DNA of 33,030 nucleotides from a virus: IMG/VR virus record IMGVR_UViG_3300025860_000001; one strand, 5' to 3'. Shown piece by piece: positions 23,638 to 32,017 of this stretch (position 1 is its first letter; each line of letters starts with the position of its first letter). The notes under the pieces were generated by a model. It saw only the letters and a program-made list of their open reading frames with translations, ran no database searches and was not told where the DNA came from. The position numbers and the translations under genes were made by a program.

Positions 23638-23724
23638 TTACTTCTTTGTTTTCTTTTTGGCTTTAGCTGCGGCTTTCTTGCCTGCTGCGGTATATGGGTA
23701 TTTCTTACCTTTGACTACTGGCAT
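23638..23724 (-). CDS. 28-aa Lys/Ala-rich micro-protein
   Basis: Reads MPVVKGKKYPYTAAGKKAAAKAKKKTKK. AGGAG lies 7 nt upstream of the ATG, and the stop is 3 nt before the 493-aa gene start. Confidence 0.55.
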   Translation of the reverse strand: MPVVKGKKYPYTAAGKKAAAKAKKKTKK

Positions 23725-23734
23725 AACACTTCTC

Positions 23735-23986
23735 CTACCATTTTGTCTTTGCTGACCAAAAGGCCGCGCTAGTCTTGCCCTTGGCTATGTTTTTAGCGTG
23801 ACGCGCTCGAAAGGCATCATTCCTAGCAGTTCCCTTGGGGCTACCTGTTGCACCTTCCTGACCGAAACGAATCATGCGGTCTTTACCATTATCTTGAATT
23901 AGAACAACATGAGACTTACCGCCTTTAGCTGACGCTTTAGGCTTGTTGTAGCCTGCAAACTTCTCACCGCGATAATCAATAGCCAT
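23735..23986 (-). CDS. Small highly basic protein (83 aa)
   Basis: FAGYNKPKASAKGGKSHVVLIQDNGKDRMIRFGQEG...FRARHAKNIAKGKTSAAFWSAKTKW belongs to a conserved small phage family as I recall. Function unknown. Confidence 0.6.
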   Translation of the reverse strand: MAIDYRGEKFAGYNKPKASAKGGKSHVVLIQDNGKDRMIRFGQEGATGSPKGTARNDAFRARHAKNIAKGKTSAAFWSAKTKW

Positions 23987-23996
23987 GTTGGTTCCT

Positions 23997-24206
23997 TTAA
24001 GCAGCAGCAGCCGTAATAGCAGTCATATCTTCATCAGTCCAATAATCTTTAGCAATCATAATAACAAGATGTTCCTTGTTACGTGCCACACAGTCTGCCC
24101 AATCTTCATCGGACATACCTTCTGGCTGACTGCCATTGATTAATGCTACGGAATCACCACAAGCTGCGTAGTGTGCTGCGATTTGTTCTGCTGTTAATTC
24201 ATCCAT
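23997..24206 (-). CDS. Small acidic protein (69 aa)
   Basis: ORF directly downstream of the tail fibre gene. Confidence 0.5.
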   Translation of the reverse strand: MDELTAEQIAAHYAACGDSVALINGSQPEGMSDEDWADCVARNKEHLVIMIAKDYWTDEDMTAITAAAA

Positions 24207-24210
24207 CTTT

Positions 24211-25908
24211 TTATGCCTCTAGTGCTGTTAAACGTGCTTCAAGTGCTGCGTTTTGGGTTGATAATTCTTGGATTGCTTTGACCATTGACCAAAATATTGG
24301 GTCAGTCTGTACTTGCTTTTGCCCACTATCACTTTCTGTCACTGCCTCTGGTAATACTGCTTCTATTTCCTGCGCTATAACTCCAACTTGTAATCCTGTA
24401 GCATCACACCCCGTTAATCCTTCAACAGTTATTTCTTCTTCTGTCCTGTAATTAAAGTTACGAACTTGAAGGGCATCAATCTTTGCTAAACCATTTGGAC
24501 TATCAACAATGTTTTTCTTAATTCTTTCATCAGAGGTTTGTGTCCATGTGGTTGCGTTGTTACCTTGCCTACAAGCACCTGCAGAATCCCCAAAAATCCA
24601 AGTCGCAGCGTTAGAGGGGCCAGTGTTATTTCGTGCTATAAATAACAAATCGCTAGAACTTGTTCCGTCATGCCCTGCATTGTATCCAATACAAACGTTA
24701 TTGCTACCTGTTGTTCGTGTGCCACCAGCGTTATAACCTATAAACGTATTCTCAATACCTGTTGTAAGATTAGCGCCAGTATAAGCGCCACTACCAGTGT
24801 TTTTCTGACCCGTAGTATTATTTAATAGAGATACATAGCCTGATGCAGAATTAAACTGGCCTGTGGTGTTAGTACCTAATGTTGCTCTACCTGTAGCAGT
24901 GTTAAATGAGCCTGTAGTGTTAGCGTCTAAAGCATCATGACCAAAAGCAGAGTTGTATGCGCCTTCAGTGTTAACCTTTAAAGCTCTATAACCCATAGCA
25001 GTGTTATTACTTGCCGTAGTGTTACGAGCCAAAGCCTCATATCCAAAACCAGCATTGAAAGAACCTGTGGTGTTATCACCTAGAGAATCGTACCCAGAAG
25101 CAGTGTTGTCACCACCTGTAGTGTTAGACGCTAAAGAATAGTAACCAGAAGCAACATTGTTAGCACCTGTGGTGTTGTATTGCAGGGCATACATACCTGT
25201 AGCAGAATTGTAACCACCTGTAGTGTTTCTCACTAAAGCACTATAACCAATAGCAGTATTGCGTTCACCTGTAGTGTTAGCACCTAAAGCATCTCCACCA
25301 ACCGCAGTGTTGTAACCTGCTGTGGTATTTGCGTCTAACGCCCTCATACCTACCGCAGTGTTAGCTGTTCCTGTAGTGTTAGCTTGTAAAGCATTTCTAC
25401 CTACAGCAACTAATTCACCACCTGTTGTATTGGCTGCTCCAGCATTACTTCCTACTGCTGTATTAAAATTTGCTGTAGTTTGGGCATCTAAAGCAGCAGA
25501 ACCAATAGCTGTGTTTCCAGTTCCAGTTCCAGTATCTAATGCTTTATAACCAACTGCTGTATTGTTATCCCCCGTAGTAATAGCAGTACCAGCTTCATCA
25601 CCAACGACAGTATTATAGTTACCACCAGACACAATGCTATTACCAGCGTTAACACCTGCAACAAAGTTACTTGTACCTGCTGTGACTGCGCTGATACCTG
25701 CTGTGGCTAGATTGCCTGTCATAGTGCCGCCAGAACGGGCTAATGCAGCGTTGGCAGTCGTTGTGTTAGTAGCACTACGATCATCAGACACCTTCATCTG
25801 AGTATCAATAAGATTTAAGTTGGTGTTGATTTTCGTACCCCAAGTATCCTCGGAAGCACCAACTTCTGGTTTAGTTAGGCCGTAGTTGGGTGTGGTTGTA
25901 TCTGCCAT
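24211..25908 (-). CDS. Tail fibre with adhesin-like repeats and a C-terminal S74 intramolecular chaperone domain
   Basis: N-terminus [31 protein letters not shown]. About 17 repeats of ~17 aa (NTAxGxxALxxNTTGxx). C-terminus [11 protein letters not shown]...[16 protein letters not shown] is the peptidase S74 autocleaving chaperone signature. Confidence 0.8.
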   Translation of the reverse strand: MADTTTPNYGLTKPEVGASEDTWGTKINTNLNLIDTQMKVSDDRSATNTTTANAALARSGGTMTGNLATAGISAVTAGTSNFVAGVNAGNSIVSGGNYNTVVGDEAGTAITTGDNNTAVGYKALDTGTGTGNTAIGSAALDAQTTANFNTAVGSNAGAANTTGGELVAVGRNALQANTTGTANTAVGMRALDANTTAGYNTAVGGDALGANTTGERNTAIGYSALVRNTTGGYNSATGMYALQYNTTGANNVASGYYSLASNTTGGDNTASGYDSLGDNTTGSFNAGFGYEALARNTTASNNTAMGYRALKVNTEGAYNSAFGHDALDANTTGSFNTATGRATLGTNTTGQFNSASGYVSLLNNTTGQKNTGSGAYTGANLTTGIENTFIGYNAGGTRTTGSNNVCIGYNAGHDGTSSSDLLFIARNNTGPSNAATWIFGDSAGACRQGNNATTWTQTSDERIKKNIVDSPNGLAKIDALQVRNFNYRTEEEITVEGLTGCDATGLQVGVIAQEIEAVLPEAVTESDSGQKQVQTDPIFWSMVKAIQELSTQNAALEARLTALEA

Positions 25909-25932
25909 TTTACTTTCCTATTTGTTAATCTT

Positions 25933-26424
25933 TTACAAGGTTGTCCAAGTTGCGCTATCTGTTGGCTTGGTAGCCCATGTTGCTACATCAATCGGCAATG
26001 GCTCGTATTTATATCGACCCGTTGCTGTCATGCCTGATGCCGCTTGTATAACTGCTGCACCGCCCATCTTGGCAGTACCATTTGCCGTTAAGCCCGACAC
26101 AGCGTTAATAACTGCGCTTGCAGACACCGCAAATACGCCTGTAGCCGTTACAGTGCTTACCGCCTCAATAGACGCTTGCCCTTGTCCTATGTCCTGTCCA
26201 GTAGCCGTAACAGTGCTTACAGCCTCTATTACTGCGCTGGCGTGACCAAACTTTTGACCATTAGCCGTAACGCTTGATACTGCATCAATCTCAGCACTAG
26301 CTTGAAAAACCTGTTGAGCCGTAGCCGTAACCGATGAAGCCGCATTGATAACAGCAGCCGCATCTACATAAGCAGCCTGACCATAAATGTTAATGCCGTA
26401 ATTGGCGGCTCCATAACCATTCAT
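25933..26424 (-). CDS. Repeat-containing fibre/decoration-like protein (163 aa)
   Basis: Six ~20-aa repeats A(S/A)AVI(E/N)AVS(S/T)VTA(T/N)G. The corresponding ~60-nt DNA periodicity lies at about 25990-26350. Confidence 0.6.
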   Translation of the reverse strand: MNGYGAANYGINIYGQAAYVDAAAVINAASSVTATAQQVFQASAEIDAVSSVTANGQKFGHASAVIEAVSTVTATGQDIGQGQASIEAVSTVTATGVFAVSASAVINAVSGLTANGTAKMGGAAVIQAASGMTATGRYKYEPLPIDVATWATKPTDSATWTTL

Positions 26425-26425
26425 T

Positions 26426-26809
26426 CTAGGTTAGGGTTATGTCAAATTCGCCAGCTTGGAACCGAAATACGTCACCACTGCCAATGGGCTTACTAGCCGT
26501 CAACGCTGTCTCAGCAAGCATATTGCCGCCTGTTGCTGCATCTAATACTGCGGTATGCGTAATGGTTCCCCACACACCCGTAGCCGTTGGAAACTCAACT
26601 GCGCTAGTATTGTCGATAGCACCCGATACAGACGCATCAAAAGCCATAGCCTTGCGTGTGTAGCCATTGCCCGATACTTCTGTGCCTGTACCGCCTGCGC
26701 CTGTGGCTGATGTGTACAAACCGATGTAAACAGTAGATGGTGGTGTGTATGCCGCATTTCGGAATACATGATCTAATACTTCGTTTTCTAAGAAAGTCGT
26801 AAATGACAT
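26426..26809 (-). CDS. Conserved tail-associated protein (127 aa)
   Basis: FLENEVLDHVF...YIGLYT...EVSGNGYTR...AVEFPTATGVWGTITHTAVLDAATGGNML is a pattern seen next to fibres in short-tailed phages. Confidence 0.5.
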   Translation of the reverse strand: MSFTTFLENEVLDHVFRNAAYTPPSTVYIGLYTSATGAGGTGTEVSGNGYTRKAMAFDASVSGAIDNTSAVEFPTATGVWGTITHTAVLDAATGGNMLAETALTASKPIGSGDVFRFQAGEFDITLT

Positions 26810-27429
26810 TAATAAGCACCTATTTTCAAGCGTAGGCCAGAGCCACTCGCGGTTGATCGACTGCTTGCGGTATTAACTCTAGCCACAGCAGCAGAATAAA
26901 GAGCAGCCCATGTTGAGGCTCTTTCATCTTCTTTTAAGTAAGGTGCGCTATGCAGCAAAGCACCATACAAATAAATATCGGGGTGATGGGTTAACAACCA
27001 GTTAGTGGTTGCTGAATCAGAAAGTGTGGGTATCTTGGCGTAATACATCAGTATCGCGCTGTACGAACCATCAGGCGTTGGAAATACCTCAAATTGTGAC
27101 GAGTTAAGGCTGTAGTTGGTTGGTGTACCTGTGGAGTTGTTACGCGCTGCTCGGCTTGCTTGCATAGTAGCCAGCGACATAAAATCTAAACTGCTTGTGC
27201 CTGTCGTAACCAAGTGAAATCTTATAGTCGATAACCAATCGGTGGGGATGCCTGTAAACTGGCTGTCAATGGTTGTTTCAGCGCGTGTCTCCATGCGCCA
27301 GTGTCTAATCTCATTATTGATTGACGATTCAGCCAACGAAATGAAATCAGGAATAGTAGCCGTTAGATCATCACGATTTAAGAAATTAGCGATTGATGTT
27401 TTTAACTCTGCGTAAGTTGAGATAGCCAT
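26809..27429 (-). CDS. Head-tail adaptor-like protein (206 aa)
   Basis: The N-terminus MAISTYAELKTSIANFLNRDDLTATIPDFISLAE resembles SU10-type adaptor proteins. ATGA/TAATG coupling on both sides. Confidence 0.5.
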   Translation of the reverse strand: MAISTYAELKTSIANFLNRDDLTATIPDFISLAESSINNEIRHWRMETRAETTIDSQFTGIPTDWLSTIRFHLVTTGTSSLDFMSLATMQASRAARNNSTGTPTNYSLNSSQFEVFPTPDGSYSAILMYYAKIPTLSDSATTNWLLTHHPDIYLYGALLHSAPYLKEDERASTWAALYSAAVARVNTASSRSTASGSGLRLKIGAY

Positions 27430-29009
27430 TAAATTAATTCCAATAATGATGCAGGGTTACTTATCTTTGTGTTTTTTGACTGCCCTATGTCGTAAAGCCC
27501 ACTTAAAAGCCCTTTAATCATTTCGGGCGTTGCAAACTCACGTTCACCTGTTTGCTCATTAACTCTAAATGGCAATATGTCTGCTCTGTCCCACCCTGTA
27601 TCGTCTGAGAAATTGCTTTCAAATGCTTGCTTGTTTTGTAGGTATTGCCTTTCTGCATTAGTCAGGTAAGCGTCTGTATTACCCTGCATATAAGATGATA
27701 GGTTAGATGGTTGGCCTGTTACGTTAGCCATTAAGCCTGCGCCTGTTGTTGCTACTGGGTTAGAGGATTTAATTGATGGTGATCTATACATACTATTGGA
27801 GATTGTATAGTCTTTATTTTTGCCTTTGTTCTGAACAAACCCAAAGCGTTTGTAAAACTCTGTTAGTCGCCTCTTAGAAGTGCCACCAAAATCTGTCGAT
27901 GGTGATAATGAAACAGTCTGCCCAGTTTTATCAGCATATTCGGCTAAATCATTCATTATTGAAGTGCCTACGCCCTTTGACTTCTCAGGAACAACAATAC
28001 GAGATAACTCTAAACCACCCTTCTTTTTGTTTTCAAATACGTCTAGCTTTACGCCCTGTTTATTAGCAGCCTTAATAATGTTATCTAATGATTTACCAAC
28101 CACCCCTGCATCAGCATCTTCACTACCCGTCACAGCTAGTAAACCGCCTGCGCCTGCTGCTGCCGTAGCTACTGGGTTTGATGCTAGTAGGTTAGATGAT
28201 GAAATCTTGGCAGGGTCAAATGCTGCGTCTGGGGAGCGAATGTTTTTAGTTTCAAAAGCAAGTGCTATATCATCAACACCTGAACCGCCAAACCATCCAG
28301 AGTCTTGCATATTCTTAAATATAACACCTTCATACCCATCTAGTTTAGCCTCTTTAGCTATACTATCTTGTATGTTCGCATCCCATGAGCTACCGCCCAT
28401 ATCAACTTCTTTAAAGTTAGAAGTATTTAAGTTGACTGAGAAGTTTGAACCTTCTTTAACTTCACTTATCCACTCGGAAGGTCTATATTGCCTGTTAGAG
28501 GTGTAAGTTGCAGGGTTTAGCTTCCTATTAGTTGCTGAGTAGTCCCACCCTGAATCTTTCATGTAATCAGGTAATTTTTCAACATTCTTAGGGCTTCTTA
28601 AAGGCTGTATTTCTTTATCACTTAACCCCCAGAAACTTAACTCGTCCATTGAGTTTGATTTCTGCTTCTGTGCATCATCAATACTCAGTCCATATTCAGA
28701 CTCAAATTTCTTTTTATTTATTACCTCGCTTGTTGGCCTATAAGCGTCTGCTGTACTTCTGTTCTTAGCAAAATAAAAACCATGCCTAGTGTCTTTAGCA
28801 CCAGACGATGATCCTAGCAAAGAGCTATCAAATTCCTTAAACGGAAGTCCTGTTTTCGGGTCTGCATCTACTGAAGTTCCATGATACCACTTTGTATCAG
28901 TATCAAAGCCCTGCTCTTTAGCCCTAGCCATTCTTGCAGGCGTAGACATATCCATAAGGCCACGAACAGCCTTAACACCTAAACCTATTGGGGTGCTTAA
29001 TAAACCCAT
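27429..29009 (-). CDS. Multidomain protein: H-Y-E (DT/PARP-like) ADP-ribosyltransferase + GNAT acetyltransferase + unknown C-terminal module
   Basis: KWYHGTS (H43), then HGFYFAKNRSTADAY (Y79, Y90). GNAT motif A in LSRIVVPEKSKGVGTSIMNDLAEYA and EFYKRFGF. The linker SNPVAT is repeated after each module. Confidence 0.65.
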   Translation of the reverse strand: MGLLSTPIGLGVKAVRGLMDMSTPARMARAKEQGFDTDTKWYHGTSVDADPKTGLPFKEFDSSLLGSSSGAKDTRHGFYFAKNRSTADAYRPTSEVINKKKFESEYGLSIDDAQKQKSNSMDELSFWGLSDKEIQPLRSPKNVEKLPDYMKDSGWDYSATNRKLNPATYTSNRQYRPSEWISEVKEGSNFSVNLNTSNFKEVDMGGSSWDANIQDSIAKEAKLDGYEGVIFKNMQDSGWFGGSGVDDIALAFETKNIRSPDAAFDPAKISSSNLLASNPVATAAAGAGGLLAVTGSEDADAGVVGKSLDNIIKAANKQGVKLDVFENKKKGGLELSRIVVPEKSKGVGTSIMNDLAEYADKTGQTVSLSPSTDFGGTSKRRLTEFYKRFGFVQNKGKNKDYTISNSMYRSPSIKSSNPVATTGAGLMANVTGQPSNLSSYMQGNTDAYLTNAERQYLQNKQAFESNFSDDTGWDRADILPFRVNEQTGEREFATPEMIKGLLSGLYDIGQSKNTKISNPASLLELI

Positions 29010-29086
29010 TACGAGTAATAACCTTTCTTAGCTGGCTTTTTAGCTGGCTTTTTCACAGCTTTCTTTTTAGGCTTTTTGGTAATCAT
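29009..29086 (-). CDS. 25-aa poly-Lys micro-protein translationally coupled to the ART-GNAT gene
   Basis: Reads MITKKPKKKAVKKPAKKPAKKGYYS. Its TAA shares an A with ATG 29009 (TAATG). Encoded partly by a 12-nt tandem repeat (29029-29052). The SD (GGGTG) is weak. Confidence 0.45.
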   Translation of the reverse strand: MITKKPKKKAVKKPAKKPAKKGYYS

Positions 29087-29112
29087 GTACGCACCCGTAA
29101 AATTGTTAGTGC

Positions 29113-29121
29113 ATTATACCA
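29113..29121 (-). promoter_or_regulatory. Candidate extended -10 promoter (TGGTATAAT) downstream of terL
   Basis: The reverse complement of 29113-29121 is TGGTATAAT, lying in the only sizeable gap (29087-29145) between terL and the virion genes. No good -35. Confidence 0.4.
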
Positions 29122-29145
29122 TATTTTGCAATTAAATTAACATTA

Positions 29146-30456
29146 TTAGGCCAGACCTTTTACGTTGCGCTTTAATGCTCCACGATTCTTTTTCTTAGAA
29201 CGGCCCAAATCCCCTGCTGCAAAGGCTTGTGCCATTTGTCGTAATGCGTCTGCGGCTTCACTGTGGCCCTCAGACTTATCGGGTATATGCGACCAGCGTT
29301 GCTCACTGTTTGACCACTTGCGTCTGTATGACTTTAGATGATCTAAGCCCTTTGCACACTTTTCTTCATCAATCCAAATGTAAGGCCACATATCACTGGT
29401 TTGCTGTATACCCCATAAAGTGTCTTGAATCCTTGGCACTATGCGCCAGCTTGCGCTTGGCATTAATTGCTTGAGCATATCCTTTGGGCTTTTATTCTTT
29501 AGTTCGCCTTGACGCTTATGATCAGCATCGTGTGGCAAATACATATCACTAAATACTAAGTCCAAACTTTGTAACCATTTAACCGCATGACTATATGGTT
29601 CATTCCATGCCTCGTAAAACTGGATACACCTAAACTCTAATCCGACTTGTTGCACTACCCATATTGCACAACCATCTGACGCCCCAATGTCCCAAAAAGT
29701 TAAACAAGGGTGTGAAGCAACAACAGGTAAACTGCCTATGTGACCATCAGCATTAGCTTTGTTAATTTCTCGCAGCCAGAAAGCCCCTTCTGGGAACTCT
29801 AAAAAGTCACCCTCCCACACATGACCATAAGTGTCTGGGCGTTGCTCTAAATCCTCTAGGCGTTGCTCAGTTAGCACTTTCGGCATCCAAGGGTTATCTG
29901 CCCAATTTATGGCGGTAATTTTGCAGGAATCAGGCGTGGTTAATCTAAATCGTTTGTGTGTGGCTGAATCCTTTGATTGTGGGTTCCATATTACCCAACA
30001 CTCACTATTCTCTTCACGAATAGACGGCATTAGCTTCATATAAGCCTCTTCACTTACTGTCTCGGCTTCATCAATAAACGCTAACAAGATTCTGGCTTTT
30101 GACTTAATGCTGTCGATGTTGCGTGTTAAGCCTGCAAATGAGTAACTGATACGCCCGTCTTTGCTTCGTATGTAATGATCGCCACAATCATAATAATTAT
30201 TGAGAAACGGCACTGCTTGAATAGCGTTCTTGATTTCAGCAAATGATGATTCACTGAGGCTGTTCATGTACTGGCGCAAGCAAAGTATCTGACCTGATCG
30301 ACCACTCATGCCAAATTTAAAGCCCCACACCGCAGTCATTAATGCAAAAGCGCGGCTCTTGGCTCCACCCCTTCCACCATAGGCTGCGCGTATTCTCGCC
30401 TCCCCTTGGAATATTGGAACTAATTTAGGTGGCAGTTCAATGTCAATTTCTGACAT
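29146..30456 (-). CDS. terL: Terminase large subunit
   Basis: Walker A AAYGGRGGAKSRAF and Walker B ILLAFIDEAE. 436 aa. Its ATG directly abuts the terS stop codon. Confidence 0.9.
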   Translation of the reverse strand: MSEIDIELPPKLVPIFQGEARIRAAYGGRGGAKSRAFALMTAVWGFKFGMSGRSGQILCLRQYMNSLSESSFAEIKNAIQAVPFLNNYYDCGDHYIRSKDGRISYSFAGLTRNIDSIKSKARILLAFIDEAETVSEEAYMKLMPSIREENSECWVIWNPQSKDSATHKRFRLTTPDSCKITAINWADNPWMPKVLTEQRLEDLEQRPDTYGHVWEGDFLEFPEGAFWLREINKANADGHIGSLPVVASHPCLTFWDIGASDGCAIWVVQQVGLEFRCIQFYEAWNEPYSHAVKWLQSLDLVFSDMYLPHDADHKRQGELKNKSPKDMLKQLMPSASWRIVPRIQDTLWGIQQTSDMWPYIWIDEEKCAKGLDHLKSYRRKWSNSEQRWSHIPDKSEGHSEAADALRQMAQAFAAGDLGRSKKKNRGALKRNVKGLA

Positions 30457-30825
30457 TTAAAGATCACCAAATTCTTTAGCCACTAGGTTAATCGTTGTTG
30501 GTGGCGTCATAGACCCATCACTGGAAGTCTGGTCAACCTTGTCAGTGTAATTGTGCTTTGTTAAAACCAGCTTGGTTATAGCGGCATTAAAGTCGCCTGT
30601 AAGCCCTTTATCGCTTAGTTCTATAAATTGTAATTGCATAATTCGGTCTAACATATCCGAAAACTCTTCCTTGCCTTCCTCTTTCGACCATGCGTACATC
30701 GTTGAGTTAGCAATGCCTAAGTAATAAGCAAGCCCGATATGCGAGGGAATAGCTGTACTGTAGGATTCTAAGTATTCCTTAGCTTTTGCCAATAGTTCTG
30801 GCGTGTACTTCGTTGGTCTGCTCAT
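30457..30825 (-). CDS. terS: Terminase small subunit
   Basis: MSRPTKYTPELLAKAKEYLESY...IPSHIGLAYYLGIANSTMYAWSKE is the typical HTH TerS N-terminus. Lies immediately upstream of terL. Confidence 0.8.
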   Translation of the reverse strand: MSRPTKYTPELLAKAKEYLESYSTAIPSHIGLAYYLGIANSTMYAWSKEEGKEEFSDMLDRIMQLQFIELSDKGLTGDFNAAITKLVLTKHNYTDKVDQTSSDGSMTPPTTINLVAKEFGDL

Positions 30826-30826
30826 T

Positions 30827-31018
30827 TTAATGTTCCGTTATTTCAATTTCTTCAACATCTATTTCACTGTATTCATCAATCCAAACTACTGCCGCAGCGA
30901 TTAATAAATCATCTTGTTCATTTAGAAGCCGACCATCGTTGACTTCTACTAAAGATTTTATGAGTAACGCAATAAGGTTTGCCCCTTGGTTAACTTCGTC
31001 TTGATGTATAGGTATCAT
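30827..31018 (-). CDS. Small acidic protein (63 aa)
   Basis: ATGA-coupled to the ninG stop. Confidence 0.5.
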   Translation of the reverse strand: MIPIHQDEVNQGANLIALLIKSLVEVNDGRLLNEQDDLLIAAAVVWIDEYSEIDVEEIEITEH

Positions 31019-31608
31019 GCAGCACCCTCTAGCTTTACTGTTAACTCTTTTGCTTTAGCTTTGTATTTAGCTTTAATCGCAATAATATCGTCACGCCTAT
31101 AACGTCTTGGCTCTTGTGGCCCTTCTAATTCTTCAACAGCTTTAATGCCAATCTTGTTAATCAGATTAATGCGGTAATCAATGGCGTTACCTGATAAGTG
31201 ATTATTACAGGGCGCACATTGGGCGTGGACGTTGTTCTCGTTGTATCGCAATTCTGCTGCTGCCCCTACCGATCTGTAATGCCCTGCGTGAATCTGGCCT
31301 GTGTGGTGTCGTTGACAGCTTATACAGGGCTTTCCTTTGTCTCTTAGTCTGATGTACTTATTAAATTCTGGCTGCGCTTCTTTGTGTAGCTCACCAAGGC
31401 TCTTTAAAGCCTGCTTACGGGCCTTTATGTTTTTCTTAGCTAATTGTGTGGCTTTTGCTCTAATCTTGCTCACACTGGCTATAGCTTTGGCCTGCTGATG
31501 TTCTAAGGCGTGTTCTTTGCTACAGTAAAAGCCTAGCGGTACTGTTACACCTACTTCCACCAGAGCAAAGGCTTTGCAATGTCTACAACGCTTTTTAGTG
31601 TTAGCCAT
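31015..31608 (-). CDS. ninG: NinG/Rap-like recombination endonuclease
   Basis: CRHCKAF...CISCQRHHTGQIHAGHYRSVGAAAELRYNENNVHAQCAPCNNHLSGNAIDYR is the NinG signature. The start is taken at MANTKKR. Confidence 0.8.
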   Translation of the reverse strand: MANTKKRCRHCKAFALVEVGVTVPLGFYCSKEHALEHQQAKAIASVSKIRAKATQLAKKNIKARKQALKSLGELHKEAQPEFNKYIRLRDKGKPCISCQRHHTGQIHAGHYRSVGAAAELRYNENNVHAQCAPCNNHLSGNAIDYRINLINKIGIKAVEELEGPQEPRRYRRDDIIAIKAKYKAKAKELTVKLEGAA

Positions 31609-32017
31609 TATTGTCTTTACTCGGAAACGGCACATGAACACCAAACTTGTCAGACAGGTGGCGATTGATTACATCGTATACTGCACTGACTTCATGGCTT
31701 TCTAATTTGATCGTTGAGTTTTTGCCTAACTGTGCGTCTTGAACGGGTCTCCAGATATGCTCTTTGACTGTTACTTTTGTCCACGGAATATCTACGCCCT
31801 GCTTTAGCGTTTTAACCATATCCAAGCCACGACCATTTAGTTCAGCAGCCAATAGATCACAGTATTTGTGAAGTGAGCTATTCTGTGTCGTTGTTCTCGA
31901 CTTGCCTGTTGTCCACTTAACCTGTACATATTTTTTATCGGCATACAGTTCACGCAAATGTTTAATTAAGTTCTCAAGACTTGGGTCTGAGTTAACTGTC
32001 CAATCGTTACCTGTCAT
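31601..32017 (-). CDS. ninB: NinB/Orf-like recombination mediator
   Basis: GKSRTTTQNSSLHKYCDLLA parallels lambda NinB ERNRSLDQNRKLWACLGDVS, and STIKLESHEVSAVYDVINRHLSDKFGV parallels STSRMRVGEFAELLELIQAFG. Confidence 0.55.
   Translation of the reverse strand: MTGNDWTVNSDPSLENLIKHLRELYADKKYVQVKWTTGKSRTTTQNSSLHKYCDLLAAELNGRGLDMVKTLKQGVDIPWTKVTVKEHIWRPVQDAQLGKNSTIKLESHEVSAVYDVINRHLSDKFGVHVPFPSKDNNG

Noticed and set aside
25990-26350. Regular ~60-nt repeats considered as a CRISPR-like array.
   Set aside because: The repeats are in frame within a 163-aa ORF. The repeat and spacer parts are both degenerate, and there are no cas genes. They are protein repeats.
24211-26424. Diversity-generating retroelement targeting the fibre genes.
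   Set aside because: There is no reverse transcriptase ORF and no template-repeat/variable-repeat pair with adenine-specific differences anywhere in the genome.
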